DNA of 64,000 nt. It comes from Octopus sinensis. Its lineage: Eukaryota. The DNA lies in the NCBI RefSeq assembly GCF_006345805.1, contig NC_042998.1, forward strand, positions 201,128,001-201,192,000, read 5' to 3'. The notes under the pieces were generated by a model. It was not told the origin of the DNA and did not search any database. It was given only the letters and a program-made list of their open reading frames with translations. A program made the position numbers and the translations under genes. Position 1 is the first letter of the stretch; each line of letters begins with the position of its first letter. Below are positions 39,639 through 53,413 of this stretch, piece by piece.

Positions 39639-41205
39639 CATATGTATGTATATGTATGTGTCTGCATGTGTATATATATTTGCATATGTATTTGCATATG
39701 TGTGTGTATGTTTGTATGTATGTGTGTATGTATATATATATATATACACACATATACATGTCGGTATATAAACCCATATGCATATCCACGTGTGTGTGTG
39801 TGTGTCTGCTTGTGTGTGAGTTTGTTATTATTCTAATTATTGTACTGCTGGTGCTTCATGGTTTTCTGTTACATCTAAATGTAGGTCTTATAAAAACACA
39901 CTGGTTTTTAGGACAGTTTACTTTGCTACTACTTCCTGCGAAGACAGAGTCTGGTAACTGGAAAATATTCTGATTCTGAACTACATTTGATTACTTGTAC
40001 GTATTTCTTGAAAATCATTCCTTCTTGCTAAACAGCTTAGTTTTGGTTCACTTCTTGATTTTTCTCATCAGTTTCATTAAGAACAGTATTCTTCTTTTTC
40101 GTCTTTTTCGTTTTTTACTAGTTTCCATTTTGAACTACAAGTTATTATTAATATGGCCTGTATAAGTTTAGATGATCCTATTTTAAAATTTTGAGGGAGT
40201 TTTTATATTTCTTTGTGTTCAATGCAGCTGCTCCGCAGATGATTTGATTCACGATGGTTTACTGTTGTTTACATGCATCAACTCTATAATAGATATATTA
40301 AAGATCTCTCTGTTTTCTATATTTTGGCATGTCTTTATTACTTGATGGGAAGTTGTACTATTAGCCTTTTTCTGTAGTAATTTTAAATTTTATATCATTA
40401 TAATATTCAAACTGCCCAGCTTTAGAATTCTTTACTCTGATACGATTTTCACATCTAATTGATTCCTATTTTTGTAGCGTCTGTTTTGTACGATGATATA
40501 CATTATGATGTTGTTTGATTGGATCTTGTGACCGACAGAATAAATGTCTGGCTTTAAAAAACATAATAAGTCTATAGTTTCTATTCAAATCATTCAAGAT
40601 CGGTGCCCAAATATTACCACTGTCCAATCAGGAATAGAACTAGACGTATTTTTAACACGCATATTTTCATTTATTACATATTAATTGTTTATTGTTGGTT
40701 GTTCTTTGTATTGTAGGGAGGTCATGCTTTGTGTAAGTATACTACTCGTTCTGCATGAGATCATTTAGTACTAAGTATGCATTAATTAGTTGTAAACAAA
40801 TACCATAACTAGAAAAAACGTGTGTTTCGCCACATAGCGTACGGGTAATACTGTAGTTATGTCTCTTTTGAGCACCGAGCATAGCTCTCAGATGCGTGCA
40901 GTACAGAATCGCTTTCCTATTACGAACATAGCTTCTGTACGTAAAAGAAAAAAACATTACTCCAAAATTATCATGGGAATCATACAAACAGGACATTGTA
41001 TATAGACGTCAACCAAAAAAAGTTTTATCTTCCATTCACAAATGCCCAGCAAAATGTATATATTTTTCTGTCTTCCTTTGTCATGAATTTTTTGTTTGCA
41101 TAATAAAGAAATTCGGAATTTGAAAGTGGACAAAATTCAGAAGATTATATTTTTGAACTCTAGCCGATATCCACTAAGCACTTTGAACATTAGCGACAAC
41201 GCCTT

Positions 41206-41507
41206 GTTTGTTCCTTCTCGAGCCACGCCAGGCTCATAAGGGCCGGTGTCCCAGTTTCCTTAGCGTATTGGTTCCCCACCAGGGCGTGACGCCGGTCTGT
41301 CGCAGGTGAGCTGCAAGATGCAGGAGGAAAGACTGAGAGAAAGTTGTGGCGAAAGAGTCAGCACAAGTTCGCCATTATCTTTTACCGGAGCCGCGTGGAG
41401 CTTAGGAGTTTCGCACATAAACACACACATCACCCGGTCTGAGATTCGAACTCGCGATCCCTCGACCGCGAGTCCGTTGCTCTAACCATTGGGCCATGTG
41501 CCTCCAC
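41206..41507 (-). mobile_element. tRNA-Arg-like SINE, tail type 3
   Basis: Homologous to the 34872 copy. The 13-bp TSD agcgacaac(g/a)cct lies at 41192-41204 and 41512-41524. Confidence 0.92.
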
Positions 41508-42029
41508 AGAAAGCGACAACACCTGAGCTAACGTGAAGTGTCTGATAGTAACGCATCGATGTCCAGTAACGGATTCGTGAAATTACATTGAATTTCATTG
41601 AGTGACAAGCAATAGATCAAACGTTCGTCAGATTGTTGCTTGTGACGTGCCACGAAGGCAATTTGCCTTTGAAATACTGCAATTTTTAATTAGATTCGAA
41701 TCTTACAGTAATGAACACGGCTTCAAATTTGCAGCACTGTGCAACATTGTCTTGCCTTCTATTTTCTCAGTATACCATTTCCATTATTCATTTACAGGCT
41801 ACACCTTTGTCCAACCTTCAACAATAGATTTAAGTGACACTTCTAATTTCTTTGTAAATATTAACAACCTACACTCTCTTTCTCATAGGCTGATATTACC
41901 ATCTTATGATACCGAAGAGTTGAATATGATGTCATTATTTTGATATACCCTATTATACCTAATGTATTCCCACTTAATGTTGGGATACGTATTTTACATT
42001 GTTTGACGTCAATATTATAACTACGCTAC

Positions 42030-42225
42030 AAGGCAGGCAGAAACGTGCAGAATCCGTTGTCGTGTTTAGTCCGTCCTTACATTCTCAATTCATTTTCAGC
42101 CGAGGTCGACTTTGCCTTTCATTCGTTCTGGATCGATAAAATAAGTAGGAGTTGAGCACTAGGGACGATGTAATCAACTCAGCTCCTTCCCCCAAACTGC
42201 TGGTCTTGTGCCAAACTTTGAAGTC
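42030..42225 (+). mobile_element. SINE (gcctttcatcc core family), decayed
   Basis: gccgaggtcgactttgcctttcattcgttctggatcgataaaataagta. Confidence 0.8.
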
Positions 42226-43189
42226 ACTACTATAGCTACGCTAGATATATTTCAGATCAAGATTTGTGTGCTTACATCTATGTTTCTCCTCTCTGCTATT
42301 GACTATGTTAAAGTATCAACCTTGCGTTTCTTAAGTATTCTTTTTCAAGTATTTCCGTTCAAAGTCTTCTTAATTCAATGCAGTATTGATTTAGAAGCCG
42401 GACAAGACATTTATCAGATAATCGATAATAGAAATGACCAATCAAATGGTTGTTAAGTCGAAGTGTATTGTCCTTCATTGTTCTATCATCGACATTTTCT
42501 GATTCACTGACCTTGTACACACAAACAACCGGGAGATGATGAATATAAATCTGTTGTGTCGATGTGCAAAAAAGGAAATATTCGATAAGATATGAAGAAT
42601 ATGCATTATATTATCTATATTAAAGATGGCACATAAAGTGACTGGACATTTATTGATATATCTCAGAACTTCTAATTCGAAGGAGATGAAGTGCCATTGT
42701 ATAAACAGCATTTGCCATGGAATTCATTTTTAATTAGTGGGTTGTACAAAATAACTACCGGTATTCACAGATGCCTTTCAACATTTGTATCACTGCAGGC
42801 TAAATAGCTATTTTCCTAGCTCCGTTGATAGCAAAAGAGCAGTTATTTGCAGGATTGATATAAATCAAAATATATATGGTACACCAAATTTTAAGAATTC
42901 TACATTGTTTAAAATACGTTTTAACAGCTTGATCTAGGTATTTTTTACTTTTTGCTTTTGTAATACTAAATGACACGATTTCAAAAAAACCTTTTAGACA
43001 GAAATTGGAAATAAACTTTTCCTATAGGAGTTGCGCTGCAGAGGGGACATATTCAGAGCACTATCATACATGTTTTCGTATGTTTCTGTTAGAGATGCTG
43101 GGATAGATTTTGTTATGATTAAATACACATTAAATTCAACTCCTAATACTTTACATCTGCTATTCGGATGATCTACTTCTATTTACATC

Positions 43190-43345
43190 ATCATCTTTTT
43201 CTTCTTCTTCTTCTTCTTCTTCTTCTTCTTCTCCTTCTCCTTCTCCTTCTCCTTCTTCTTCTTCTTCGTTTATTATTATTATTATTGTTGTTATTATTAT
43301 TACCATTATTATTATTACTATTATTTACTTATCATTATTATTATT

Positions 43346-43395
<50 letters not shown>

Positions 43396-43397
43396 TA
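43190..43397. repeat. Compound trinucleotide microsatellite (TTC)n(CTC/CTT)(TTA)n(CAT)n
   Basis: Seen directly. Confidence 0.95.
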
Positions 43398-45713
43398 TAC
43401 TAAAACTCTCAGGTCATTTTGCTGGGTATGATGGAAAGTGTCAGGTGTCCACAGCCAGCAGGGGTACTATGATCACCTGCCAGAGACTAGCGTTTCGGCG
43501 CCCATTTATGATTACTTTGAAGTCTACGTATAAATTAGCCGACGTAAAACGGGGCCATGGTGGCCATATTGTTGCGGACTGGCAATGCGCACGAGATACG
43601 GTTCATGGACATGGCCGTTGATGTTAAACAAGTTATTTTGTTTGTGAATGATACCAATTAGTATCCGTTAGGAGTACTAATCTTGCCCAGTGTATGTGCA
43701 CCCGTATTTTTCAGGCGTTTGAGTGGTTTCCTAGGAATCTCCCGCGTATTAGTGCTAGTGGGCGATTGAAACACATTCATGGACATTCGTATGGACTATA
43801 TAGCCATTGAAACATTTTCTACAATCTGAGAAGCTGCACCTTGGATTCCCAAAATGCCTCAGTGCTGACCAATATGATGGGGTCAGTTAGATCGTATCAG
43901 CAGTATGTAGTCTGTTGGCATTCAGAGAACTACATGATCTGATTTCAGAATTTGAACTGATTGGCTACATAGGTCTCAAATTTAGGATATGAATGAAGCA
44001 TGATATTTGCGTTACCAGGATTAGCAAACCTGCCTTTATTTATGAAAGCATGGGAACTGCTCGATGGGCACGGTTGCCAGTGGCAACACGTGAGAAAATA
44101 TCAAGAATTCTATCTCTGAGGAGGCGAATAATAGTAGATTTCAAGCAGATTCTAAGGCCGATGAAATTTGTTGAAAACCTTTAACCGATGGCTGGGTGTA
44201 TCAGAAAGAAATGACGGGCCTGACGCGCTGGTCCTCCCATCAATCTTTTACAAGATAGACTTATTCAGGCTCTTTCGCGACTAGCAGCAGAATAAGAGAA
44301 TTTTCAGTCATATAAAATGAAATGCGGTACAGCCGCATAGCTGCTGAGAAAGGACACTAAAACGTAGGTAAATTTGTCATTGTCCCCGCAACTCCGCTGA
44401 ATGTTGTGCTCAGATTTTGAACCAAGTGTCAGCAAAGCACTGTCATGAATATTTGATCGCTGGTGCTTAGACATTCACCATCATAAGCAGTTCCCTTCAC
44501 AACATCCACCTTAGATCTTACACCATAGAGAGACCTATGCCATGTAAGGAACCTGGCATTGGAGGAGCTCTCATCCATATTGATCAATCGACCTCTTTCA
44601 ATAGGTTTATCAGTAAATAGTTGAGGGCTGTCCCATAGGTGCAGATGACAACGACGGCAACATCGATGCATCATCATCATCCTTATCATCTTCATGCTCA
44701 TCATCATAATGTATGCAGTCAATCACTCCCACCAACCTTCTCACTCTATTTCAGTCACCAGTTACGATCCTCGCACTCTTACCCTTACTTTCTTTGAGAT
44801 AATTGCCATTATAACTATAGCTGTTAACTGATTATTCGTGGCTGATATTATTATTACCATTGTTCACAATTCTCGTTAATGTCACTCATAATATAAAATA
44901 ATATAAATTGTTATTATGCTTCCTACTAATACTATAGCATCTGTTATCCACTTACCCAGTTAATTAGACCATTACGTTATATAGTTCGATTACAAATAGA
45001 CTTTGTTATCCTCTTCTACATTAAAATCACCAACATTACCCTAATGTCGATTTAATTAGCCTCTGGCATATAGCAAAGGAATATATAATGAGCTGACCGT
45101 CCAAGTATGGTAATGCCATAAAGTGATAGCATGTTGCATATGTTTCATTAGAAATGGGTTGGTGCTCTCTAGAGATCTACAAATTTCCTTGTCCCGTATA
45201 CACTCATACATATACAGAGAGACACGCACATGCATACACACGCCCATTTACGCACTCACACACACACTCACACAAACACACTCATACACACACACAGGTA
45301 CACACACACACACACACACACGCAAATACCGTTAATTCACAAAGCATTATTGTTTCGAGACATATTTATTATAAATATACAAAATAGATATATGTTTAAT
45401 CTTATTTTAATACAATACTTCTTTATTATGAAAATTGATAGTTATTTCATTAATGTTGGCACCGTGAAATGTAACGGAGGTAATAATGTATTTATAATAC
45501 TTTTAAGATTACTTGACACAATAGAAAGTGTCAGAAGCATATCCCAACATAAAAAATTCCATCAAATAATGAACACGAAATTATTGTTAAAATAATTGTC
45601 TTTAGCGCAGTTTATGAGCCAAATATATTGCGAAATTTTTCGTCACACATTTTTTCTCCTTTTAATAATCTGAGTCCAAGTCCTTCCAAGATCGTTTATT
45701 CCTATTTCTCTTT

Positions 45714-45820
45714 AAAGGCGGTGGCGTGGCTACCTGGTAAGTAGTTTCCTTCCCAACAACATGGGTCCGGGTTCAGTCCCACAGTACGGCACCTTCTACG
45801 ATAGTCTCAGGACGATATAA
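45714..45820 (+). mobile_element. 5' fragment of the 37319-type SINE
   Basis: ggtaagtagtttccttcccaacaacatgggtccgggttcagtcccac. Confidence 0.65.
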
Positions 45821-46107
45821 AAAAACCTTCTTACAATTCAAATTTGATATAAAAATTAAAGGAATGCATGCACGACCGAATGTATAAGTTAGGCACCTGT
45901 GTCTTGAAATCTCATATCCTGAATAATGACAGATGTTCACACTCTATCAGACTAATTTTTCGGTCAATTATAAAACTAGAATAAATAATTACAAATGAAC
46001 GTTGCCTGGCTGGGGAAGTATGTTTGAATCACGGTTCCTTGCACAATTAAAAATACTCAGCATGTTTTCAATTATTCTATGTATAATGATTATATTTACT
46101 AAATGTG

Positions 46108-46532
46108 TAAGGCGGCGAGCTGGCAGAAACGTTAGCGCGCCGGGCGAAATGCTTAGCGGTATTTCGTCTGCCGTTACGTTCTGAGTTCAAATTCCGCCGA
46201 GGTCGACTTTGCCTTTCATTCTTTCGGGGTCGATAAATTCAGTACCAGTTACGCAATGGGGTCGGTGTAATCGAATTAATACCTATGTCTGTCCTTGTTT
46301 GTCCCCTCTATGTTTAGCCCCTTGTGGGTAATAAAGAAATAGATATAGGTATTTCGTCTGTCGTTACGTTCTGAGTTCAAATTCCGCCGAAGCTGACTTT
46401 TCCTTTCATCCCTTTCGGGGTCGATAAATGAAGTACCAGTTTCGAACTGGGGTCGATGTAATCGACTTAATCCGTTTGTCTGTCCTTGTTTGTCCCGTCT
46501 ATGTTTAGCCACTAGAGGGCAGTAATGAAATG
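46108..46532 (+). mobile_element. SINE (gcctttcatcc core family) with tandemly duplicated core and tail
   Basis: The segment from gtatttcgtctg to the tail occurs twice (about 46160-46345 and 46349-46530). A single perfect 17-bp TSD tatatttactaaatgtg lies at 46091-46107 and 46533-46549. Confidence 0.92.
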
Positions 46533-47718
46533 TATATTTACTAAATGTGCTAATATGCCGGTGTGATTAATAACATTCTGTTAATACAGATTGCCCTACA
46601 ACTATATTTCTAAAGCAGAAGCTGTATAGACAAACGCTGTAGTTATGCATTATTTGCGTCTTCTTTTTAAAGGTAAAAAATATGGCAAAAATTCAAAAAC
46701 TTTTAACTAAACTAAATGGAAAATCTAAGATTAAACGCAGCGAAGTCTTCAGTTAATTACGTCTTTCGCATTAGGTTGATAGATTTCCCGGACGGTAAGA
46801 ATAATTGGTTAATATACAAGAATACAAACCTACTCTCAACCGAAAGTCCAAATGGAATAACATCCAGATCCCATTCAGAAGGACTATTCTATAACCACCC
46901 CTCTCTCTCTCTCCCTTTCACCTGTAGTCCTTACATACAGGTTGCAATGCGTATGTGCAGTTATATACAACGGTATGAGCAGACGTTGTTTGATACGAAC
47001 AGTTGCACCTAGGCGTTGTATCCATTCACGGTTAGACGATGATGAGAGGAACAAACACACACCCACACACATATATATATATGTGTGTGCGTCTATACAA
47101 ACATATATGTAAATATGTATACAACCTTCAGCAAAGTAACAGTCATGTACACAACTTGGACGGACACATGCCAGTACACGGACATACGTTCACATACACA
47201 TACATATGTACACACTCTCACGGACACATCTGCCCATTCTCCTAGACACTCAAATACATACGTAGCACATGAATACAAACATACATACATACCTACGTAT
47301 GGGCATACACACGTACATACGCACGTACATGTACACACACACATACATGGGCACATGCATACGAGCGCGTATACATATATACGCACATGCGTACGTATGT
47401 ACATACATACATACATACATACATACATACATACATACATACATACATACATACATACGCACATACATACATACATACGAACAATAGTAAAACATTAGTT
47501 CTGTGATATAGAGATAAAAATCTGATAATAGATTTTAGGGTATAGTTCTTGTGAGCAAGCGTCATAAATTCACTTTCTAGCCTCGGCCGTAGGGAGTTGA
47601 AATTTGATAGCGTTGTGATGAGTGGTCACTCTACATCCATCCATCGCTACAGGTTTATAACTTTATGTTTTATAGAGTGTATGTGCGTGCTTATACACAC
47701 ACATACATATATACATAT

Positions 47719-47749
<31 letters not shown>

Positions 47750-48015
47750 CATACATACATACATACATGCATACACAGGCGTATGTGCGTACATGCATAC
47801 GTACATACATACACACATGTATGCATACATACACACATACATACGTACATATATATGACGAACTAACTGTTACTTTCTTAGATGCAGCACGGACTTTGTC
47901 AGTGAACAGGTCGCGGATTTTAGCGACGAAAATATTTTGACAAATTAAACTTAAATGTTGGAGTGAATCGAACGGTTGTGTGTTCTAAAATGGCTTATAA
48001 ACACCTCACGCTGCA

Positions 48016-48061
<46 letters not shown>

Positions 48062-49082
48062 TTGTGTGTGTGTGTGTACTGTTGAAAACTTGTAATTTTA
48101 CAATTTTTTTTTTCAGATCGGATCTTAACGAAAAACCTTGTGATTCCGTAAAAAATGAATATATATCCATTTTCCCGAAAATTATGACAAAAACATCGGA
48201 TTTTGTGAATTTTCGGAAAGTCCTCTCCCCAACCACAGGTTCGTTTGCACAATTGTTTTTTGTCATGTTCATTTACTACACAGTTGTTAACACACAGCCA
48301 GCTGCTTTTTTTTTGTTTTCTTTTTTGTTAAGGCTGATGATCTTTATATTAACCGAATAATTGAAGATGCTTAACAAACTGGTACACTACAACGAACAGT
48401 AAATTTTAGCTAAATTTATGAACGTTAATAATGTCTTACTTGTCACGGCTGGCCAGAATGGTAAATCACTAAATAATTTATATATATATCTCTGTAAAAC
48501 AGGTTTCGACTCTTGCAGACATCCAAAATGTTTGTAGGTAATTTATTTGGAATTGTTCAATAAATCATGGCAACTGAGAAACTAATTTCAGGTCAGATGT
48601 TTTTCCACTGCAAAATAAAATCCTCAAACATAGCATCTGCACCTACTGACTCAGAATATATGAACACAATATTTTTAAAGATTAACGCACGAAATTAGAA
48701 ATAAGCAATAAGTATGATTTGCATACCAAACACTCCATCCCATTGGACACGGAAGAGGAATATCATTCATTATTAGTAAAACGTTGTGTTTAGAAATCTA
48801 AGTAATAAGATTTCGGTGAATTTTTATAAACCAGATCGAACATGAAATACTCGGAGAAATTCAAGATTTAAAAAGAAATCGTGTTCAGAGACTACGTGAC
48901 CTCAACAGACATTCATTTTCTATCACAATTTTTTTCGTACAGTACTAGACACAGACCGTTAGCGATATTGAAATAGGTTTTCAATGTTAAACTGAATATA
49001 CGTCTAAATTACACTGCCGAGTTATTTTCCTGCGAATGGCTGTTTATACATAGGATTATAAATGCACAGTATATACGTACAC

Positions 49083-49465
49083 GTGGAGGCACAATGGCCC
49101 ATTGGTTAGGGCAGCGGACTCGCGGTCATAGGATCGCGGTTTCGATTCCCAGACCGGACGTTGTGAGTGTTTATTGAGCGAAAACACCTAAAGCTCCACG
49201 AGGCTCAGGCAGGGATGGTGGTGATCCCTACTCTATTCTTTCACCACAACTTTCTCTCACTCTTACTTCCTGTTTCTGTTGTACCTGTATTTCAGAATGG
49301 TATTTCTGTGTCATGCTGAATATCCCCGAGAACTACATTAAGGGTACACGTGTCTGTGGAGTGCTCAGCCACTTACACGTTAATTTCACGAGCAGGCTGT
49401 TCCGTTGATTCGGATCAACCGGAACCCTCGTCGTCGTAACCGACGAAGTGCTTTCATCCATCCAT
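49083..49465 (+). mobile_element. tRNA-Arg-like SINE, tail type 1
   Basis: Homologous to the 33777 copy, with an (atcc)n end and TSD ta(c/t)gtacac. Confidence 0.92.
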
Positions 49466-49945
49466 ATGTACACACATAGATGAAAAAATGAAAATGGTAA
49501 ATACGAAAAATATGGAACGAATTCTGCTCTTAAAATACGAAATTGAATCACTAAAATGCATATGAAATAGAGACACAGGCGAAATTAAGATTGTTACTGA
49601 AATGAAAAAAGTAACTATGGGATATACTATATGGAACTCAATGAACACAGCAAAACAAGTTATCAAATAATATCATATTATACTTCAAAATGAAAAAAAA
49701 AATTACATCAATTCTCTTAAAGTAATTCAGGGAAGGGAAGAGATATTTCATTGTATACGCTTGATTAAACAATTTGCGCTAGTTTTCTACTAGTAATTTA
49801 CCAATATAAAAAAGGGTGTGTGGGGAGAAACTATACACAAGTGCACTTAGTATATATACGTTTCATTTAATTTATTTCCTTTCACGTTGAAATCTGACAA
49901 ACAAAAGATCTATTTACAAAACCTCCACAACAATCCACAATGTAT

Positions 49946-50054
<109 letters not shown>

Positions 50055-50572
50055 GTGCGTTTGTTTGTGTGTGTGTGTTTGAAACTAAATTAATATTAGG
50101 ATGCGAAATTTCAAAACGAAACCCTAAAAAATTATAAATAATATGCAGCACAATAGATAATTAAGGAATTGTATTAGTCCAGTACAATGATAATCAAAAT
50201 AATTCAGAGAATTATTCAGAGAATTATAGAACAGAACAAAATGAAAATCTGCATCCAAAAAATTTTAAAAAGTGTACTGAAATTGCATATAATGAATTAA
50301 ATATATGAATTGTGACATATATTTGTGAAGAGGATCAGGAAGATTTTACAAATTAATTGCAAATTGAAAAATAGAATATTTCGTCTGTTATTTCGCGCTC
50401 GGGCTTACACACAGATATGCTCATTCAAACGCAAACATATGTATGAATGTATGTGTGTATGTCATGTCATGTATATTCATATATTTATCTTGATCTAATA
50501 TATGTGTGTCTGTGCGTGTGTGTATGTATACATACACGTATATACAAGAACATACACGCACATAAGTGTGTG

Positions 50573-50624
<52 letters not shown>

Positions 50625-50650
50625 ATATATATAAATACATACATTCATAC

Positions 50651-51060
<410 letters not shown>

Positions 51061-51074
51061 ATATATATATATAT

Positions 51075-52185
51075 AGTGAGAATTTACAAAAAAAAAAAGA
51101 CGAAGACGTGTGTGCAAACAACAAACAGATATATATTAGTTTAACCCTCGGCAAGTGAGAAAGTATTTTACGTTTCAAGCGTATGCACTTCGACAGAAAG
51201 GAACTCGGAAATAAATAGGGAGAGAAAATAGAAAAGGTTTTGTGGCTACCGATCTATCGTGTCGAATGCTGGACAAAGGGGTTACACATGAGAGCTGGGA
51301 AGAAGGGGAGATAAAAAAAGTTGTGGTCATCCCAAAACGAAGGTGCGCGTGGGTATGTGTGAAAAAGTGTATGTGCATGTGGAAGCGGGCTGGTGATTTT
51401 GACGTGTGTGTGTATGTGTATGTGTATGTGTGTGTATGTATAGGTGTGTGGATGATGGTGTAAATGTTAGGAAAAGACCAGTGCTAGTGTTTGCTGGGAG
51501 CTGTGATTTGGTGTGGTGTGGGATGGTGTTGTGTGATAGGGTGGTGTGTTGTGTGATGGTGTGGTGGTGTTGGGGTGGGGGATGCGAGAGTGGGGAAGCA
51601 AGGGTGGTTCTAAGGGAAGGGGTGGGCTATGATGTTATATAAAGGGATGGTGGGGTTAGAATGTGTAAGGGTGGGCTAACGATGGAGGGGTTGACGATGA
51701 AGGGAGTGGAATGTAGACGGTGGGTAGGAGTAAATGTGGATAGGAAGTAGGTGTCAAAGCAAGAGAAGAGAGGTGGGTGGGAGGAAATAGGTGTGGGAGG
51801 AAGGTAGGAAAGAGGAGAAGGGTTAGATGAAGAGGGGAGGCGAGTTGAACCCACGTAGAGCAAAGGAGCGAAGAGATAAGATTAATCCCTGCTCACGGTG
51901 AAGACGGAAGTGCCCTGTGCATCGACAATCCAAACGAAGAGAGGTGTTGTAAAGAATGAACGGTAGAGAGAAAATGGCGCGAGACCGGGGTTTCGTTGCC
52001 GAGTCTGATGTCTCGGAGGTGTTCCGCGATCCGGTCAGCCAAGCAGCGTCCTGTTCGACTGATGTATAGATAAGGACAGAGGGAGAGAGCAGGAGATGCA
52101 GTAAATGACGTTGCTAGAAGTGTAAGTGAAGGAGTCAGTGATATGATAGGGTCGATGATGGGTGCATGTGAACTTGGTGAAGCAT
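51075..52185 (-). mobile_element. Penelope-like 3' portion: GIY-YIG, C-rich 3' region, hammerhead variant (family D, copy 3), ending at (TA)n
   Basis: Minus 52185-51880 reads HRPYHITDSFTYTSSNVIYCISCSLCPYLYISRTGRCLADRIAEHLRDIRLGNETPVSRHF. Minus 51200-51165 reads cttt-CTGTCGA-a-gtgc(atac)gctt-GAA-ACGT-A-aaat. Confidence 0.85.
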
Positions 52186-52329
52186 CGGCCTCTGTAGTCA
52201 GTTGAATGGGTTGTTCTTGTGAATGTTGTTTCTCTTTATTTCTTTCTGTTTTGTTGCTTTTTGTAATTATGGTTGTGGTTGAATGAGCGTGCATTGCATT
52301 TCTTGTCGGTGTTTTTAATGTAGTTGATC

Positions 52330-52885
52330 GATTAGTTGATAAGAATAAGAATATGTCCTGATTGAGTATTAAGCAGTGGTGTTCATGGCTTCTGATCTTA
52401 ACTGATTGGAAGTGTTATCATGTACATTGTTTTGTCTTGGTATAAAATATGGGCTACAGCAAATATTCTACTCAATGCCACAGATTTGATTGTCAGTTGT
52501 TTGACCATAACCAGTTGAGCATGTCCCTTACTGGCTGACGATATGAGGGAGCATCATAGCCATGTGTTGAGAGTGATTATGTGGCATTTGAATAATTCAC
52601 CTCTGGAAACATGGGTGTTTCATTCAACATTTTAAACGACCCTTATTCAGGGACCTTTTGAGCGGGATGGGTTACTCGACCAGAAGAGAATTCTAACTGG
52701 GCCCCACCTGCAAAGTCATGTGCTATTTATCTTGATAGGAGATCACTATGTCACGCACATATGGTTGTGATGCATGTGCCTAGTGTACCCTTATTAGACG
52801 GGTAGTCATGATGGGTATACTGGGCTTCGTATATTTTACCCTAGTGTCACTTTGATGGCATACACTGCTCTCTCATTCAATAATA
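52330..52885 (+). mobile_element. Probable non-LTR retrotransposon 3' UTR fragment
   Basis: A GC-richer non-coding block ending in ctctctcattcaaataataat (short TAA tail). There is no second copy in the window, so this is inference only. Confidence 0.3.
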
Positions 52886-53271
52886 ATATTAAAAGAGATA
52901 ATAATAATCTACTACTGTATATTAAATACTGGGGTGAGTGACATTCTAGTAGACACTAAAACACCTTGGCTAACACCGTCATTGTCATAAATCGACTAAT
53001 CATTTAACAACCTCTGGTTCAAGGGGTATATGGGATTTCACTGATGCAATTTGCAATATCTATGGCTGGAGAAGACATGATTTCCTCTGATTAGCATATT
53101 GAAAATCAGACACCTTCGTGTATTTATGTCAGTAACTAATACTTTGTAAATATATACCACATTTCTACATTTCTGAAAGGAGTATGGGATGCGAGATAGT
53201 AAGAGTCATCGGATTGTATGTGTTTGCTGCAGAACTATTAATGCTGTCATATATATATATATATATATTAT

Positions 53272-53302
<31 letters not shown>

Positions 53303-53372
53303 ATATATATACACACACACAAACCCACACACACACACACAAACACACACACGCGCGCACACACACACCACA

Positions 53373-53413
<41 letters not shown>

